DNA of 64,000 nt from an uncultured delta proteobacterium (GCA_963771175.1 CAVYSY010000026.1:64001-128000), one strand, 5' to 3'. Counted from the first letter of the stretch, positions 1 through 10,572 are shown. Made by a program: numbers and translations. Notes: generated by a model from the letters alone, not told the origin.

Positions 1-461
1 ACGATGAAGCGCTGGTTCTTGGGGAAGTTCATGCCGAACGTGAACCCGGGCTCCAACTGGATACCGGAGGCCCCGGCATAGCGACCCCGGCGCATCCACG
101 CGGCATCCCGGTAGCGGAAGGCCAGGTCATCGGTGACCGCATTGGGGATGCCGGTGCCGAGCACGATGGGGTAGTTGGCCTTGAGGTTGGACGGCAGCAC
201 GGTGGTGCCGAAGTCGAACGCGATGCGCGGATCCACTCCGTAGCCGGCCATGCGCATCCGCTGCTCGATGAAGTTCGTCGCCGTCCGCAATCCCTCCACC
301 GCGACCTTGATGCGCGACTCGGTCTGGTAGGAGGCCTGCACGCCCATGACGGTCACCGCCACCGCGGAGAGGATGATGGTGGTCGTCACCGCTCCGACCA
401 GGAGCTCGATCAGAGTGAAGCCGCGCGGCGGCGAGGGCGGAGGGGTTTTCGACAGGGCCAT
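1..461 (-). CDS. Type IV minor pilin, PilW-like (3' end outside window)
   Basis: Manual translation from ATG 461 gives MALSKTPPPSPPRG|FTLIELLVGAVTTTIILSAVAVTVMG, a class III prepilin cleavage/methylation motif. Third gene of a pilin cluster. Confidence 0.8.
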   Translation of the reverse strand, partial: MALSKTPPPSPPRGFTLIELLVGAVTTTIILSAVAVTVMGVQASYQTESRIKVAVEGLRTATNFIEQRMRMAGYGVDPRIAFDFGTTVLPSNLKANYPIVLGTGIPNAVTDDLAFRYRDAAWMRRGRYAGASGIQLEPGFTFGMNFPKNQRFI

Positions 462-476
462 GTTGACCGCTCTGGA

Positions 477-1094
477 TCAGATCTCGACGTTGGTCTCGTT
501 GCCGAACGGACCCGGGTCATAGAAGCCGAAGTACTGCCGCACGAACCGACGCCGACCCAACTCCACCCACGATACCACGACAGTGACCTGGTGGATCGCC
601 ACGCCCGTGACCTCGTCCGGCTTCTCGATCACCACCAGGACGCGCCGGTAGCGGTCGAGGTCCGAGGTCGAGTAGCCAGGGAGCAGCCGGCTGTCGACCG
701 CCTTCGCCTTCTCGGCGGCATCGAGGTCGTAGATGCACCGGACGGCCCACGCATCCCCGGTGCCCGGCGTCAGGGTCTCCATTCCCCCGGCGAGCGCCAG
801 GACATCCTTGTTCGTCGTGCACCCGGCGCCACTGAGCATGCCGGGGCTGGCCGTCGAGCCGATCACCCGCTCGCGGCCCTGGGTGTCCAGCGCCACGCGC
901 ACCTGCGAGGCGATGCCGGAAGCGCGGGTCGCCAGGTTGGCCATGGAGTTCTGCCGGCTGGCCACCATGATGCCCTGGAAGACGCCCATCATGCCGATCA
1001 GCAGCACCACCGAGGCGGTCATTCCCTCGATGAGCGAGACACCACGCTGGGCGGCACGGTTGCGTCGGACACGGCGGCGGGAGAAGGTGTCCAC
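477..1094 (-). CDS. Type IV minor pilin, PilV-like
   Basis: GTG 1094 is preceded by GGAGG. The protein has the QRG|VSLIEGMTASVVLLIGMMG prepilin motif and a C-terminal VTVVVSW strand typical of PilV. Confidence 0.75.
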   Translation of the reverse strand: MDTFSRRRVRRNRAAQRGVSLIEGMTASVVLLIGMMGVFQGIMVASRQNSMANLATRASGIASQVRVALDTQGRERVIGSTASPGMLSGAGCTTNKDVLALAGGMETLTPGTGDAWAVRCIYDLDAAEKAKAVDSRLLPGYSTSDLDRYRRVLVVIEKPDEVTGVAIHQVTVVVSWVELGRRRFVRQYFGFYDPGPFGNETNVEI

Positions 1095-1108
1095 GGCGGT
1101 TCCTCCGG

Positions 1109-1795
1109 TCAGAGCTTGTCGGGGGCGAAAGTGGCCATGTAGCCGGCGGGGCCGGAGATGGCGAAGAGGTACTGACCACGGCCTTCCACGCTGCTGAAGG
1201 CCAGGGACTGGTTCGGGGTGGTGAGGAAGCCGCCCTCCCCGTCCACGAAGCGGGCCCCTCCATCCGGGAAGAAGACGACGGCGCCGCGCGAGTAGCCGGA
1301 GCCGGAGCAGAAGCTGCATGTCTGCACGGACAGCCCCTTGAAGGGCGCACCGAACAGGTCCGTGCGACCGGGCGTCAGCGCCTCGAAGCGCGCCTTCTTG
1401 CTGTAGTCCTGCAGGTAGGTCACCTGCGTGACGCCCTCGAGGTCCGCCAGCGCGGCCGACATCACCACGTGGGAAGCGCGCAGGTAGGTACCGTTCTGAT
1501 CCTCCACCACCGCGAACGAGCCCAGGCCCCCCGTCTTCGCCGTGCGGCTGGCCGTCGGGAAGACCAACACCCAGACCGGATAGCCCCGCGACACCGCCCG
1601 CGTGCGCGCCGAGCTCAGCACGCCCTGGAAATCGAAGGCGGCGTTCTGCAAGGCCCCACGCCGGCCCACCTCGGAGTAGGCCACCATGGACAGGCCCACC
1701 AGGATGCCCAGGATGGCCAACACGACTACCAGCTCGATGAGGGTATAGCCCCCATCTCGATGCTCCCGCTTCGCTGGATTCGCGTGATTGCTCAT
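1109..1795 (-). CDS. Type IV minor pilin, FimU/FimT(GspH)-like
   Basis: G|YTLIELVVVLAILGIL motif, followed by 'LSSARTRAVSRG' and 'FFPDG', which are FimT/FimU-type motifs. Confidence 0.8.
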   Translation of the reverse strand: MSNHANPAKREHRDGGYTLIELVVVLAILGILVGLSMVAYSEVGRRGALQNAAFDFQGVLSSARTRAVSRGYPVWVLVFPTASRTAKTGGLGSFAVVEDQNGTYLRASHVVMSAALADLEGVTQVTYLQDYSKKARFEALTPGRTDLFGAPFKGLSVQTCSFCSGSGYSRGAVVFFPDGGARFVDGEGGFLTTPNQSLAFSSVEGRGQYLFAISGPAGYMATFAPDKL

Positions 1796-2223
1796 GCCGC
1801 CCATTTTGTACTAGAGAACACGTTACCCGGCTTTACACAAAAAACAAAAGATTCTTAGATTATCGAAAGTTGGGTGACCAACCCAACCTGTCAGATCTGC
1901 ATCCCGCCTCGTTGACCCTCTCCAGCGGAGAGGATCCCTCATTGTCCCGAGTGGACGCAATCCGGTGCGCGAACCACACGGGAAGCCCACCGGAAAACCC
2001 GAGCACGTCTATTATCGAGTGAGCCTGGGCCTGGTTGCTCAAACTCTTTCTCTTTTGGGGCATTGGAGCGGGAACAATCCCCGCCTTCTGCTTCACCTGA
2101 AAGAGTTGGAGGCCCCTGTGCATGGCCCGGCAGTCAAGCAAGAGGCAGGCCGCCTGCCAACCCCCTGAAATGACGAGTGCCTGGGAGCACGCACCGCAGG
2201 TGTTGCGGTGTGAAACCCCGCAA

Positions 2224-2244
2224 AGTTTGCGAGGTCCGCAAACT
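2224..2244 (-). terminator. Hairpin just downstream of DHH gene, possible terminator
   Basis: AGTTTGCG-N5-CGCAAACT, an 8-bp stem 15 nt after the stop codon. The U-tract is weak. Confidence 0.4.
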
Positions 2245-2258
2245 CTTGCACCTTGTGA

Positions 2259-3215
2259 TTAACCAGACAGCTCGGAGAGGATTTCCAGGAAGGCGGAACG
2301 GGCCCGCTCCAGCTCGCCGGCCTTGAAGCTGATGGCGGCCACCACGGGGTGACCGCCCCCGCCGTAGCGCGAGGCGATGGAGGCCAGATCATGCCGCCGC
2401 GACTCGGGGCGCCACGGGTTGGAGCCGAGCGACACCTTGGCGCGCGTGGGCCCCTGCCCCACCCAGAGGGTGTAGCGGGCCTCGGGGTAGAGGGCGTAGG
2501 CGATGAACTTGTTGAGGCTGTCGACGCCCTCGTCCGCCAGGTCGAAGGAGACGACGCCGTTCTCGTAGCGGGCCTTGGCGCGCACCAGGTCGATGTGGCG
2601 CCGGTGGCGCTCGAGCAGCGGCGCGAGCGGCCCGGCGATCAGCGGCGAGGCGGCGATGGACGCCAGCGACTCGGTCTGCAGGCGTTCAATCACCTGGGGG
2701 ATGAGCGCCGGGTCCTTGTTGGCCTCGAGCACCGTCATGATGCGCAGGGCGGGCTCCTCCAGCGCCACGGCCATCTCGGGGCTGGGGAAGAGCGCGCCGT
2801 CGATGATCTCCGCCCAGTGGAGGAGCTCGGCCATGGGCGAGGGATCCCACCCGAAGCGCTCGCGCGCCACGTCCGCGAGATAGCGCGTGCAACTCTTGCG
2901 GTGCGCGTCGTGGAACTTGTGCCCGCTGGCGTCGGCCCGGAAATGGGCCTCGTCGCCGGGCTGCTGGAAGGCGGAGACGTGGTGGTCGAACCACCAGGAG
3001 AGCCGCGGGTCCTGGCTGTAGCGGAAGTCGACGATGGCGTTCTCGTCCCCGGAGAAGACGGCCGGATCAATCGCCGCGCCCCCCGCCTGGTGGGCCAGCC
3101 CCTGGTAGGTGAAGCGGGCATCCCCTCGGATGCGCTCGCGGTAGAAGCGGGTGAAGACCGCCGCGCTCGCGGCGCCGTCGAAGCAACTATCGTGGAAGAG
3201 GACGTGGACGTTCAT
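2259..3215 (-). CDS. DHH/DHHA1 family phosphoesterase
   Basis: HDSCFDG, IVDF, FDHH and GGGGH motifs. Start reassigned to ATG 3215. Confidence 0.85.
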   Translation of the reverse strand: MNVHVLFHDSCFDGAASAAVFTRFYRERIRGDARFTYQGLAHQAGGAAIDPAVFSGDENAIVDFRYSQDPRLSWWFDHHVSAFQQPGDEAHFRADASGHKFHDAHRKSCTRYLADVARERFGWDPSPMAELLHWAEIIDGALFPSPEMAVALEEPALRIMTVLEANKDPALIPQVIERLQTESLASIAASPLIAGPLAPLLERHRRHIDLVRAKARYENGVVSFDLADEGVDSLNKFIAYALYPEARYTLWVGQGPTRAKVSLGSNPWRPESRRHDLASIASRYGGGGHPVVAAISFKAGELERARSAFLEILSELSG

Positions 3216-3510
3216 GGGCAGGCCTTTACTGCAAGGGGACGCCGGCGCCCACCGCCGCGAACAGGCCCTCGGAGGCCTCCAGCGAGCTGGGGCGCGCCTG
3301 ACAGGTGTGTACAAAAAGACTCAACGAAACGAGCCATTTCCCCTGGAAGAGTGAACGAATCATGGAACCCCTCCCCGCGGTTCGAGACGGTTGCTGACTG
3401 CAAGTCCCTGATTTCCCGTGGGGGCAAGTAGACGAGCGCTCGGTACGTTAATTGCTTGAAGTCTGGCCTCATCAGTCCAGCAACCCACGCGGTGCGGGTG
3501 GGAGGACACC

Positions 3511-3741
3511 ATGGCCAAGACGGCGACACGCAAGCGCGGCTCGGTCCAACGCCAGGGGCGACGGGTGATGCCGACGCCCCGGAGGGCCTCGCAGCGCAAG
3601 GCGCCCCCGGCGCTGACGGTGGGCGAGCTCATCGCGGCGGCCTACGACACGGCCGGCGGCGAGCAGTGCGAGGTGCTCAAGATCGTCACCTCGCCCCAGA
3701 TGAGCCGGGTGCTGGGACGGCGCATCGTCCTGGTGGGCTGA
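3511..3741 (+). CDS. Small basic hypothetical protein
   Basis: GGAGG RBS, high GC3 codon usage, K/R-rich N-terminus and a TVGELIAAAYD helix. Confidence 0.7.
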   Translation: MAKTATRKRGSVQRQGRRVMPTPRRASQRKAPPALTVGELIAAAYDTAGGEQCEVLKIVTSPQMSRVLGRRIVLVG

Positions 3742-3856
3742 GCGGACCCGACTCCCCTCCCCCTTGTTGCGGCCCGAGGGAGTGTGCACAGGAGAACGCC
3801 CGCGCCTCGTGACCACCGAGACGCGGGCGTCGGGCCCTACCCCGCTCTACAGAGGA

Positions 3857-5373
3857 CTACCGCGGCTGCCAGCGAGGACGGTGGTCGTCGGCGCGGTTGC
3901 TCGGGAGGGTGCTACCGGCCCAGGTGTGCGTGATGGGGTCGCCCACCTTGAACACGGCCTCCTCCGTCGCCGTCGGATCGATCTGCTGGACCCTCAGCTT
4001 CCCGCCGGAGAGATACGCGATGAAGTGCCCGTCCGGAGAGAACGACGGCAGGGTCGCCTCGGTCGCGAACAAGAACGCGCTGCCCACCGGCGCGCCCGTG
4101 GCGTCGACACGCTGCACGTAGAGGACGTTGCCCTGCTGGCCCCCGCAGTTGGCCTGACCGCTGCAAGTGACGGCGGAACCAGAAGTCGGTTGGAAGTAGT
4201 AGGTCCGGACGTAGGCGACGTGCGTCCCGCCCGGTGCCCACGTGTGGTTGGCGATGTACGACTTGAGCTTGCCCCCGGAGATCGCGTCTTCGGAGACGTT
4301 CGCAACCGCCACGGGAGCGGGCGGGGTCGTCCCCCCGCCGAGGGATTGAGGGTGAAGAGCGCGGTGAGAGGAGTCTCCGAGCCGCTGATCACCAGCGCGG
4401 GCCTGTCCTGGACATCGAGGTAGAGCAGGACGCCATTGGCCTCGTTGTGCAGCGGCTGCTCGGCCGTCGTGGGCGAACCCGCCACCGAGGTCTCCGCTCC
4501 GCCGACCACCTTGTTCTTCAGCCCCAGGGTGTTCAGGCTGAAGGCGAAGCTGTTGCCGTCCGCCGCCCAGGAGGGGAAGCCCCCCGCGGAGGTGCCGGTC
4601 TGGACGTCACCGCCCGTCCCGGCGATGTAGAAGATGCCCGAGGTGCTCGCTCCAACCTTCTTGGTCCAAGCGATGTTGGACGAGGGCGCCCACTCCAGAT
4701 GGCTGAACTCCTCGGTACCGCCAGCGGCGGCGTTGGTCACGAGAGTGGTCGTCTGTCCCGCGGTGAGCGGGATGTTCCGGGAGACGAGCATCGGGCCGCC
4801 GGTGGCCCCCTCTTCCACGAAGGCCACCGCGGTGCCGTCCTTGTTCCAGCGTGGGAACCGGCTCTGGTTCGTGAGGCTCTCGCTGAGCTTCGTCGGCTCG
4901 GTGGTGGCCTTGTGGCGCACGACCACCGCATCCGTGGTCGAACCAGCGGTCAGCGTCCTCGTCACCGCGAGGTGGAGCTGCGCGCACTTCCTGGAATCAC
5001 CGGACAGCTCGCAGCGCAGGCCCGCCATGCACTCGTTGCTGGTCGTGCAGGCGCCACCCTCGGCGACGGTCATCGTGCCCGCGTCCGTCTGCGTCCCCGC
5101 ATCCGTCTCCGTGCCCGCGTCCGTCTGCGTCCCCGCATCCGTCTGCGTCCCGGCATCCGTGTAAGTGCCCGCGTCCGCCTCCGTCCCCGTACCGGGCGAC
5201 TGCGTGACGTCCTCGAGGACGCACTCGTTCTCGACGCAGGCCCACTGCCTGCCCTCGGCGGGAGTCCCCTTGTCCTCACGACAGTCGAACACGTCGGTGC
5301 ACTCATCAGAACAGCCGGTCACTACCAACATCAGCGCGCTCATGAGCGCACCGAGGACAACACGCTTGGTCAT
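3857..5373 (-). CDS. Lipoprotein with Cys-rich N-terminus, DAGT-repeat stalk and TolB/PD40-like beta-propeller (one frameshift near 4320)
   Basis: Lipobox VTGC. Repeated P.W..DG...AF blades (PRWNKDG, PSWAADG, TWAPGG, PSFSPDG) continue across ORFs 3994..5442 and 3857..4312. Confidence 0.75.
5074..5194 (-). repeat. 18-bp coding tandem repeat (6 x T-x-T/A-D-A-G)
   Basis: Protein reads GTEADAGTYTDAGTQTDAGTQTDAGTETDAGTQTDAGT. Confidence 0.9.
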
Positions 5374-5505
5374 ATGGATCCTCCGAAGCCAACGCGTGCG
5401 TAGTAGGTACAGCACGGGCCCTCGGGAGGCGGGTTGACGCAACTACACCGCTCCCGCTGTCTCGGGATGAACGACGGACGAACGAAGCACCCCCGGACCT
5501 TTCCG

Positions 5506-6303
5506 ATGATTGACACCCACTGCCACCTTGACGCATCGCGCTTCGAGCCGGACCGCGACGACGTGCTCGCCCGCGCCTGGGCCGCCGGACTGCACGGCAT
5601 CCTCGTTCCCGGCGTGGGCCCGGAGAACTGGGAGCCCCTGCTCGCCATGTCCCGCGCCGAACCACGCATCCAGGTGGGGCTCGGCATCCACCCGCAGTTC
5701 CTCCCGGACCTCCCCCCCGAGGAGGACGAGCTGCACCTGGAGCGTCTGGACGCGCTGCTCGCGCGAGGGGGCGCCATCGCCGTGGGCGAGTGCGGGTTGG
5801 ATGGGCCCTCGGCCGCGGGGGCTCCCATGGAGCGCCAGGTGGCGGTGCTGCGGCGGCACCTGGCGCTCGCGCGCAAGTACGAGCTGCCCGTGCTGATGCA
5901 CTGCTTCCGCGCGCACCCCGCGCTCATCGAGCTGTTCAAGGAGGAACCCCTGCCCGAGGCCGGCGTGCTGATGCACAGCTACGGCGGGGGCGCGGACCTG
6001 GCGCGCTTCTACATCCAGAAGGGCTGCCACTTCTCCTTCGCGGGCCCCGTCACCTGGGCCGAGGCCCGCAAGCCCCTGGACGCCCTGCGCGTCATCCCCC
6101 CCGACCGGCTGATGGCCGAGACGGATGCCCCGGACCAGGCCCCCACGCCCCACCGGGGGCAGCGCTCGGAGCCCGGCTACCTGCCGCGCGTCATCGAGGG
6201 CATGGCCCGGGTGCTAGGGGAACCGGTGGAGGTGCTTGCCCAGCGGACGACCGAGAATGCCCGCCGCCTCTTCCGGGAAGCCTTTCCCCCGCCTTCGCTG
6301 TAG
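5506..6303 (+). CDS. tatD: TatD family DNase
   Basis: IDTHCHL, GIHP, GECGLD, MHC, MHS and ETDAP motifs. Confidence 0.92.
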   Translation: MIDTHCHLDASRFEPDRDDVLARAWAAGLHGILVPGVGPENWEPLLAMSRAEPRIQVGLGIHPQFLPDLPPEEDELHLERLDALLARGGAIAVGECGLDGPSAAGAPMERQVAVLRRHLALARKYELPVLMHCFRAHPALIELFKEEPLPEAGVLMHSYGGGADLARFYIQKGCHFSFAGPVTWAEARKPLDALRVIPPDRLMAETDAPDQAPTPHRGQRSEPGYLPRVIEGMARVLGEPVEVLAQRTTENARRLFREAFPPPSL

Positions 6304-6330
6304 GGGAGCGTCGCGCTATAGAGGCCCACC

Positions 6331-7197
6331 ATGAATCCGCAGCCCACTCCCCCCGAGACCGTCCCTGATACCCGGCACCCCTGCCCCCTCGGAGCCCAAG
6401 CCCTTCAAGCTGCACCGGCGCTTCGACCGCACCGGCCGCCTGCTCGGCGACCTGGCGATGGAGCGGCTGTCGAAGGCCCGTGTGGTGGTGTTCGGCCTGG
6501 GTGGCGTGGGCAGCTACGCCGCCGAGGGCCTCGTGCGCAGCGGCGTCGGCCACCTCACGCTGGTGGACTTCGACGACGTGTGCGTCACCAACGGCAACCG
6601 GCAGCTCCACGCCACCGCGAAGACGGTGGGCAAGCCCAAGGCGGAGCTGATGGCGCAGCGCTGCAAGGAGATCAACCCCGACGCCAACGTGGTGGGCCTG
6701 CGCGAGTTCTACCGCGACGAGCTGGCCGACCAGCTGCTCTGCTCCCGGTAGCTACGACTACGTGGTGGACGCCATCGACAACGTGAAGGCGAAGCTGCAC
6801 CTGCTGCACCGGTGCGTCAGCCTGGGGATTCCCGTGGTGAGCTCCATGGGCGCGGCGGCCCGCCTGGACCCCACCGCCATCCGCGTGGAGGACCTGTGCG
6901 AGACGCACATGGACCCCTTCGCCAAGGACATCCGCAAGCTGCTCAAGCGCAAGTACGGCGTGCCCACCGAGCGGCCCACGGGCATCACCGCCGTGTACTC
7001 CATCGAGGCGCGGCGCCAGCCCCTGTCGCTGCGCTACGACGTCGGACGACGGCTTCTCGTGCGTGTGCCCCAACGACAACGACTTCCACAGCTGCGAGCA
7101 CCGCAACCAGATTGACGGCAGCGTGGCCTTCGTCACCTCCGTGTTCGGCATGAACGCGGCGGGCGTCGTCGTGCGACGCCTCTCCGTGGGGCGGTAG
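6331..7197 (+). CDS. tcdA: tRNA threonylcarbamoyladenosine dehydratase (ThiF family), several indels
   Basis: GLGGVGS, LVDFD, TNGNRQL, VDAID, SSMGAA and DPF motifs spread over three reading frames. Confidence 0.8.
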
Positions 7198-7200
7198 GCC

Positions 7201-8151
7201 TCAGGCCACCTTCGCCGCCGCTCCCTCGCGACCGCAGGGGCGGCGGAAGGCACAGCGCGCACAGGAGGACAGCTCGTCCGTCAGCGGGAAGGCGGACGCG
7301 TCCTTCGGCGTGTTGGTGGCGGGGTCGGCCAGCAGCTCGCGCATCCGCGCCACGCTCTGCGCGAAGCGCGCCTTGAAGCCCTCCATCGCGTCGCGGTCCA
7401 CCTGCACCGCGTGCTCCACCCCGTCGTTCAGGTACACCAGCGAGGCGCGCACCTTCTCCAGCGGCTGCTGGTAGCGCTGCGACACGTACAGCGCGTAGCC
7501 CAGCACCTGCTCGTCGTAGCCGTCCCGCGCCTTCCCCGTCTTCCAGTCCACCACCACCGGCGTGCCGTCCGCCTCCAGGTAGGCGAAGTCGGGGATGGCG
7601 AACACCTTCACCCCGTCCAGCGTGAAGGTGGAGAAGTCGGCCCCCGCGTCCACCTCCAGCCACTGCGCCGGCTTCAGCCCCCGCGCCAGCTCCGGCCAGC
7701 GCGAGTTGAAGAACCAGCCCAGCGCCGAGCGCACCGTCTCCGCGTTCTGCTTCCACGCCTCGTCCGGCACCGGCTCGTCGTACTCGTGTTCCACCAGGCC
7801 CGAGAACGTCTTGCGGTACTTCTGCGTCCAGTACCCCTTGCTCCGCGAGTACCGGAAGTCCTCCCGCATCAGCCCGAGCGCCCGCGCCTCCACCTTCGCC
7901 GGGTCCACCGAGCGCCCCGCGCGCCAGTCCAGCAGCGCGTCCTTGACGGCATCGTGCACCACGCTGCCCGCCCACGCGTAGCGGTTGCCCAGCTTCTTCA
8001 GCACGTACAGCTCGCGCACCTCCTTCGGCGCGCCCGACTCCCAGCCGCCCCAGGAGCGGTAGTAGTAGTAGTAATACGCCCGCTGGCACTCCTGGAGCTT
8101 CTCGTGGCGGCTCTTGGACCAGGAGAAGTCGTTGCTGAAGACACGTCGCAT
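7201..8151 (-). CDS. PD-(D/E)XK nuclease, Cas4/AddB-like with 4 Cys
   Basis: IPD...VVDWKTG...QVLGY nuclease motifs. N-terminal LQECQR Cys plus C-terminal CxxCxFxxxC. Confidence 0.85.
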   Translation of the reverse strand: MRRVFSNDFSWSKSRHEKLQECQRAYYYYYYRSWGGWESGAPKEVRELYVLKKLGNRYAWAGSVVHDAVKDALLDWRAGRSVDPAKVEARALGLMREDFRYSRSKGYWTQKYRKTFSGLVEHEYDEPVPDEAWKQNAETVRSALGWFFNSRWPELARGLKPAQWLEVDAGADFSTFTLDGVKVFAIPDFAYLEADGTPVVVDWKTGKARDGYDEQVLGYALYVSQRYQQPLEKVRASLVYLNDGVEHAVQVDRDAMEGFKARFAQSVARMRELLADPATNTPKDASAFPLTDELSSCARCAFRRPCGREGAAAKVA

Positions 8152-8264
8152 GGAGGCCGCGCATCCTAGACGGCCCCTCGCTTCTCTAGAAGGGGGACAG
8201 GCGAGCAGGCACGCCCCCGCAGGTCCTTTTCCGGCACGGGCGAGCCGCTAAGGTGCGCGCCGCC

Positions 8265-9074
8265 ATGGCGACCCAAGACTTCCAGGACAAGGTGGTGCTC
8301 ATCACCGGTGCCTCCAGCGGCATCGGCCGCGCGGCGGCGAAGGCCTATGCCTCCCGAGGTGCCCACATCGTGCTCGCCGCCCGTCGCGAGCCCCAGCTCC
8401 AGGACGCCGCGCGCGAGGTGGAGGCACTCGGGGTGCGGGCCCTCCCCGTGCGCTGCGACGTCACCCGGGAGGAGGACGTGGCGCGGCTCGTGCGCGAGAC
8501 GGAGGCCGCCTTCGGTGGGCTGGACGTCCTCGTCAACAACGCCGGACTCGGCCTCTATGGCCCCGTCGAGGCCTTGAGCGAGGCGCAGCTCCGCCAGGTC
8601 TTCGACATCAACTTCTTCGGCCTCGTGCGCGTCACCCGCGCCGCCCTGCCGCTGCTGCGCAAGCGCGCTCCCGGCTCGCAGGTGGTCAACGTCAGCTCCG
8701 TGCTGGGCCACCGGGGCCTGCCCCTGCTCGGCGGCTACGGCGCCTCCAAGGCCGCGGTGAACCTCCTCACCGAGTCGCTGCGCGCCGAGCTCGCCACCGA
8801 GGGCATCTCCGTGCTGCTCGTCTCCCCGGGCCTCACCGAGACCGAGTTCCGCGACGCCCGCCTCAACGCCGAGGGCTGGCAGCAGGACGCCATCCCCTTG
8901 AACGCGATGAGCTCCGAGGCCGTGGCCTCCGCCATGGTCCGCGCCAGCCGCCGCAAGCGCCGGGAGACGGTCCTCACCCTGCCCGGCCGCGTCATGGTGC
9001 TCGCCAACCGGCTCGTCCCGGGTCTCTTCGACCACGTGGCGCGCCGCATCGCGAATCCCGCGAAGAAGCCATGA
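8265..9074 (+). CDS. Short-chain dehydrogenase/reductase
   Basis: TGASSGIG, NNAG and YGASK motifs. Confidence 0.92.
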   Translation: MATQDFQDKVVLITGASSGIGRAAAKAYASRGAHIVLAARREPQLQDAAREVEALGVRALPVRCDVTREEDVARLVRETEAAFGGLDVLVNNAGLGLYGPVEALSEAQLRQVFDINFFGLVRVTRAALPLLRKRAPGSQVVNVSSVLGHRGLPLLGGYGASKAAVNLLTESLRAELATEGISVLLVSPGLTETEFRDARLNAEGWQQDAIPLNAMSSEAVASAMVRASRRKRRETVLTLPGRVMVLANRLVPGLFDHVARRIANPAKKP

Positions 9075-10201
9075 GCCCTCCGCGCAAGCGCAAGGAGCCC
9101 GCCCCCGAAGTCCTCATCGCGCCCGAGCGCCGCGAGTCCCTGCGCGCGCGGCTGCTGGAGTGGTACGACCGGCAGAAGCGCGACCTGCCCTGGCGCCGCA
9201 CGAGAGATCCCTACGCCATCTGGCTCAGCGAGGTGATGCTGCAGCAGACGCAGGTGGCCACCGTCATCCCCTACTGGGAGCGCTTCCTCCTGCGCTTCCC
9301 CACGGTGGAGGCCCTCGCCGCCGCGCCCCTGCCGGACGTGCTCGCCGCGTGGCGGGGGCTCGGCTACTACTCGCGCGCGCGCAACCTGCACCGCGCCGCC
9401 CAGGAGGTGGTGGCCCGCTTCGGCGGCCGGCTGCCCTCCACCGCCGCCGAGCTGCTCACCCTCCCCGGCTTCGGCCGCTACACCTCGGGCGCCGTGGCCT
9501 CCATCGCCTTCGGTGAGCCCGCGCCGCTGGTGGATGGCAACGTGGCCCGCGTCCTCTCCCGCCTCTTCGAGGTGGAGGGCGCCCCGGGAGACCGCGCCCG
9601 CGAGGCCCGGCTGTGGGCGCTCGCCACCGAGCTCGTCGTGGGCGAGCGCCCCGGCGACTTCAACCAGGCGCTCATGGAGCACGGCGCCACCGTGTGCCGC
9701 CCGGAGAGCCCCCTGTGCCTGCTGTGCCCCGTACGCGAGGGGTGCCTCGCGTACCTCCATGGCCGCGTCGACGAGCTGCCGCCGGCCAAGGTGCGCGCCG
9801 CGCCCAAGCGGATGACGCTCGCGGTGGCCGTCTGGGCCCATGAAGGCCGGTTGTTGCTCGCGCGCCGCGCGGAGAAGGGACTCTTCGGCGGCCTGTGGGA
9901 GCTGCCCGCCGCCGAGGTGGAGGACGACACCCCCGACGCGGAATCCGCCACCCGGCTGGCCACGGCGCTCGGCGCGAAGCTCTCCGCGCGAGGCCACCTC
10001 GGCACCGTGCGCCGGCAGCTCACCCACCGCGCGCTCTCGCTCCGCCTGCTCCGGGTGGACGGCCATCAACGCCCCACCCAGGCCCCCGCCTTCCGCGAGC
10101 TGCGCTGGTGCACCCCCGACGAGGCCTCGGCGCTCGGCATGAGCACCGCCATGCACAAGGCCCTCGAGGCCGCCATCGCCGCGGGCGCGCTCCAGGAGTG
10201 A
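9071..10201 (+). CDS. mutY: A/G-specific adenine glycosylase
   Basis: RDLPWR, SEVMLQQT, GLGYYSRA, LPGFGRYT, VDGNVARV, an Fe-S Cys cluster and a C-terminal NUDIX-like domain. Confidence 0.96.
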   Translation: MSPPRKRKEPAPEVLIAPERRESLRARLLEWYDRQKRDLPWRRTRDPYAIWLSEVMLQQTQVATVIPYWERFLLRFPTVEALAAAPLPDVLAAWRGLGYYSRARNLHRAAQEVVARFGGRLPSTAAELLTLPGFGRYTSGAVASIAFGEPAPLVDGNVARVLSRLFEVEGAPGDRAREARLWALATELVVGERPGDFNQALMEHGATVCRPESPLCLLCPVREGCLAYLHGRVDELPPAKVRAAPKRMTLAVAVWAHEGRLLLARRAEKGLFGGLWELPAAEVEDDTPDAESATRLATALGAKLSARGHLGTVRRQLTHRALSLRLLRVDGHQRPTQAPAFRELRWCTPDEASALGMSTAMHKALEAAIAAGALQE

Positions 10202-10336
10202 GCACCGCTGTCCGGCAGTGGACGGATCTCGATTCGACGTGTCGCTCCGAGAACTCAGGGACCCGGGTCCAATTCCCCTGGCCCGGGTGCGTGCCGATGC
10301 TCCGGGCCGCAATCTTTCCACCAGAGGAGACCCCTG

Positions 10337-10552
10337 ATGGCACGCCCATACTCCAACAAGACGTCCCACATGCCGACCCAGCAGGTGCCCGAGTCCTCGG
10401 CGCGCAATGCCGCGACCTCCAACCGCAACGGCCCCACCTACGAGCAGATCGCCAGGCGCGCCTATGCGCTCTTCCTCGCGCGCGGCGGCGGCCACGGCCA
10501 CCACGAGGACGACTGGCATCAGGCCGAGCGCGAGCTGAAGCTCGGGCGATGA
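10337..10552 (+). CDS. DUF2934-like small protein
   Basis: IARRAYALFLARGG..GH..DDWHQAEREL signature and a GAGGAG RBS. Confidence 0.85.
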   Translation: MARPYSNKTSHMPTQQVPESSARNAATSNRNGPTYEQIARRAYALFLARGGGHGHHEDDWHQAERELKLGR

Positions 10553-10572
10553 GCGGGAAACGGCGGTAGACA

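Noticed and set aside
5074..5194. Direct repeats as a CRISPR array (Cas4-like gene 2 kb away)
   Set aside because: 18-bp in-frame coding repeats with no unique spacers.
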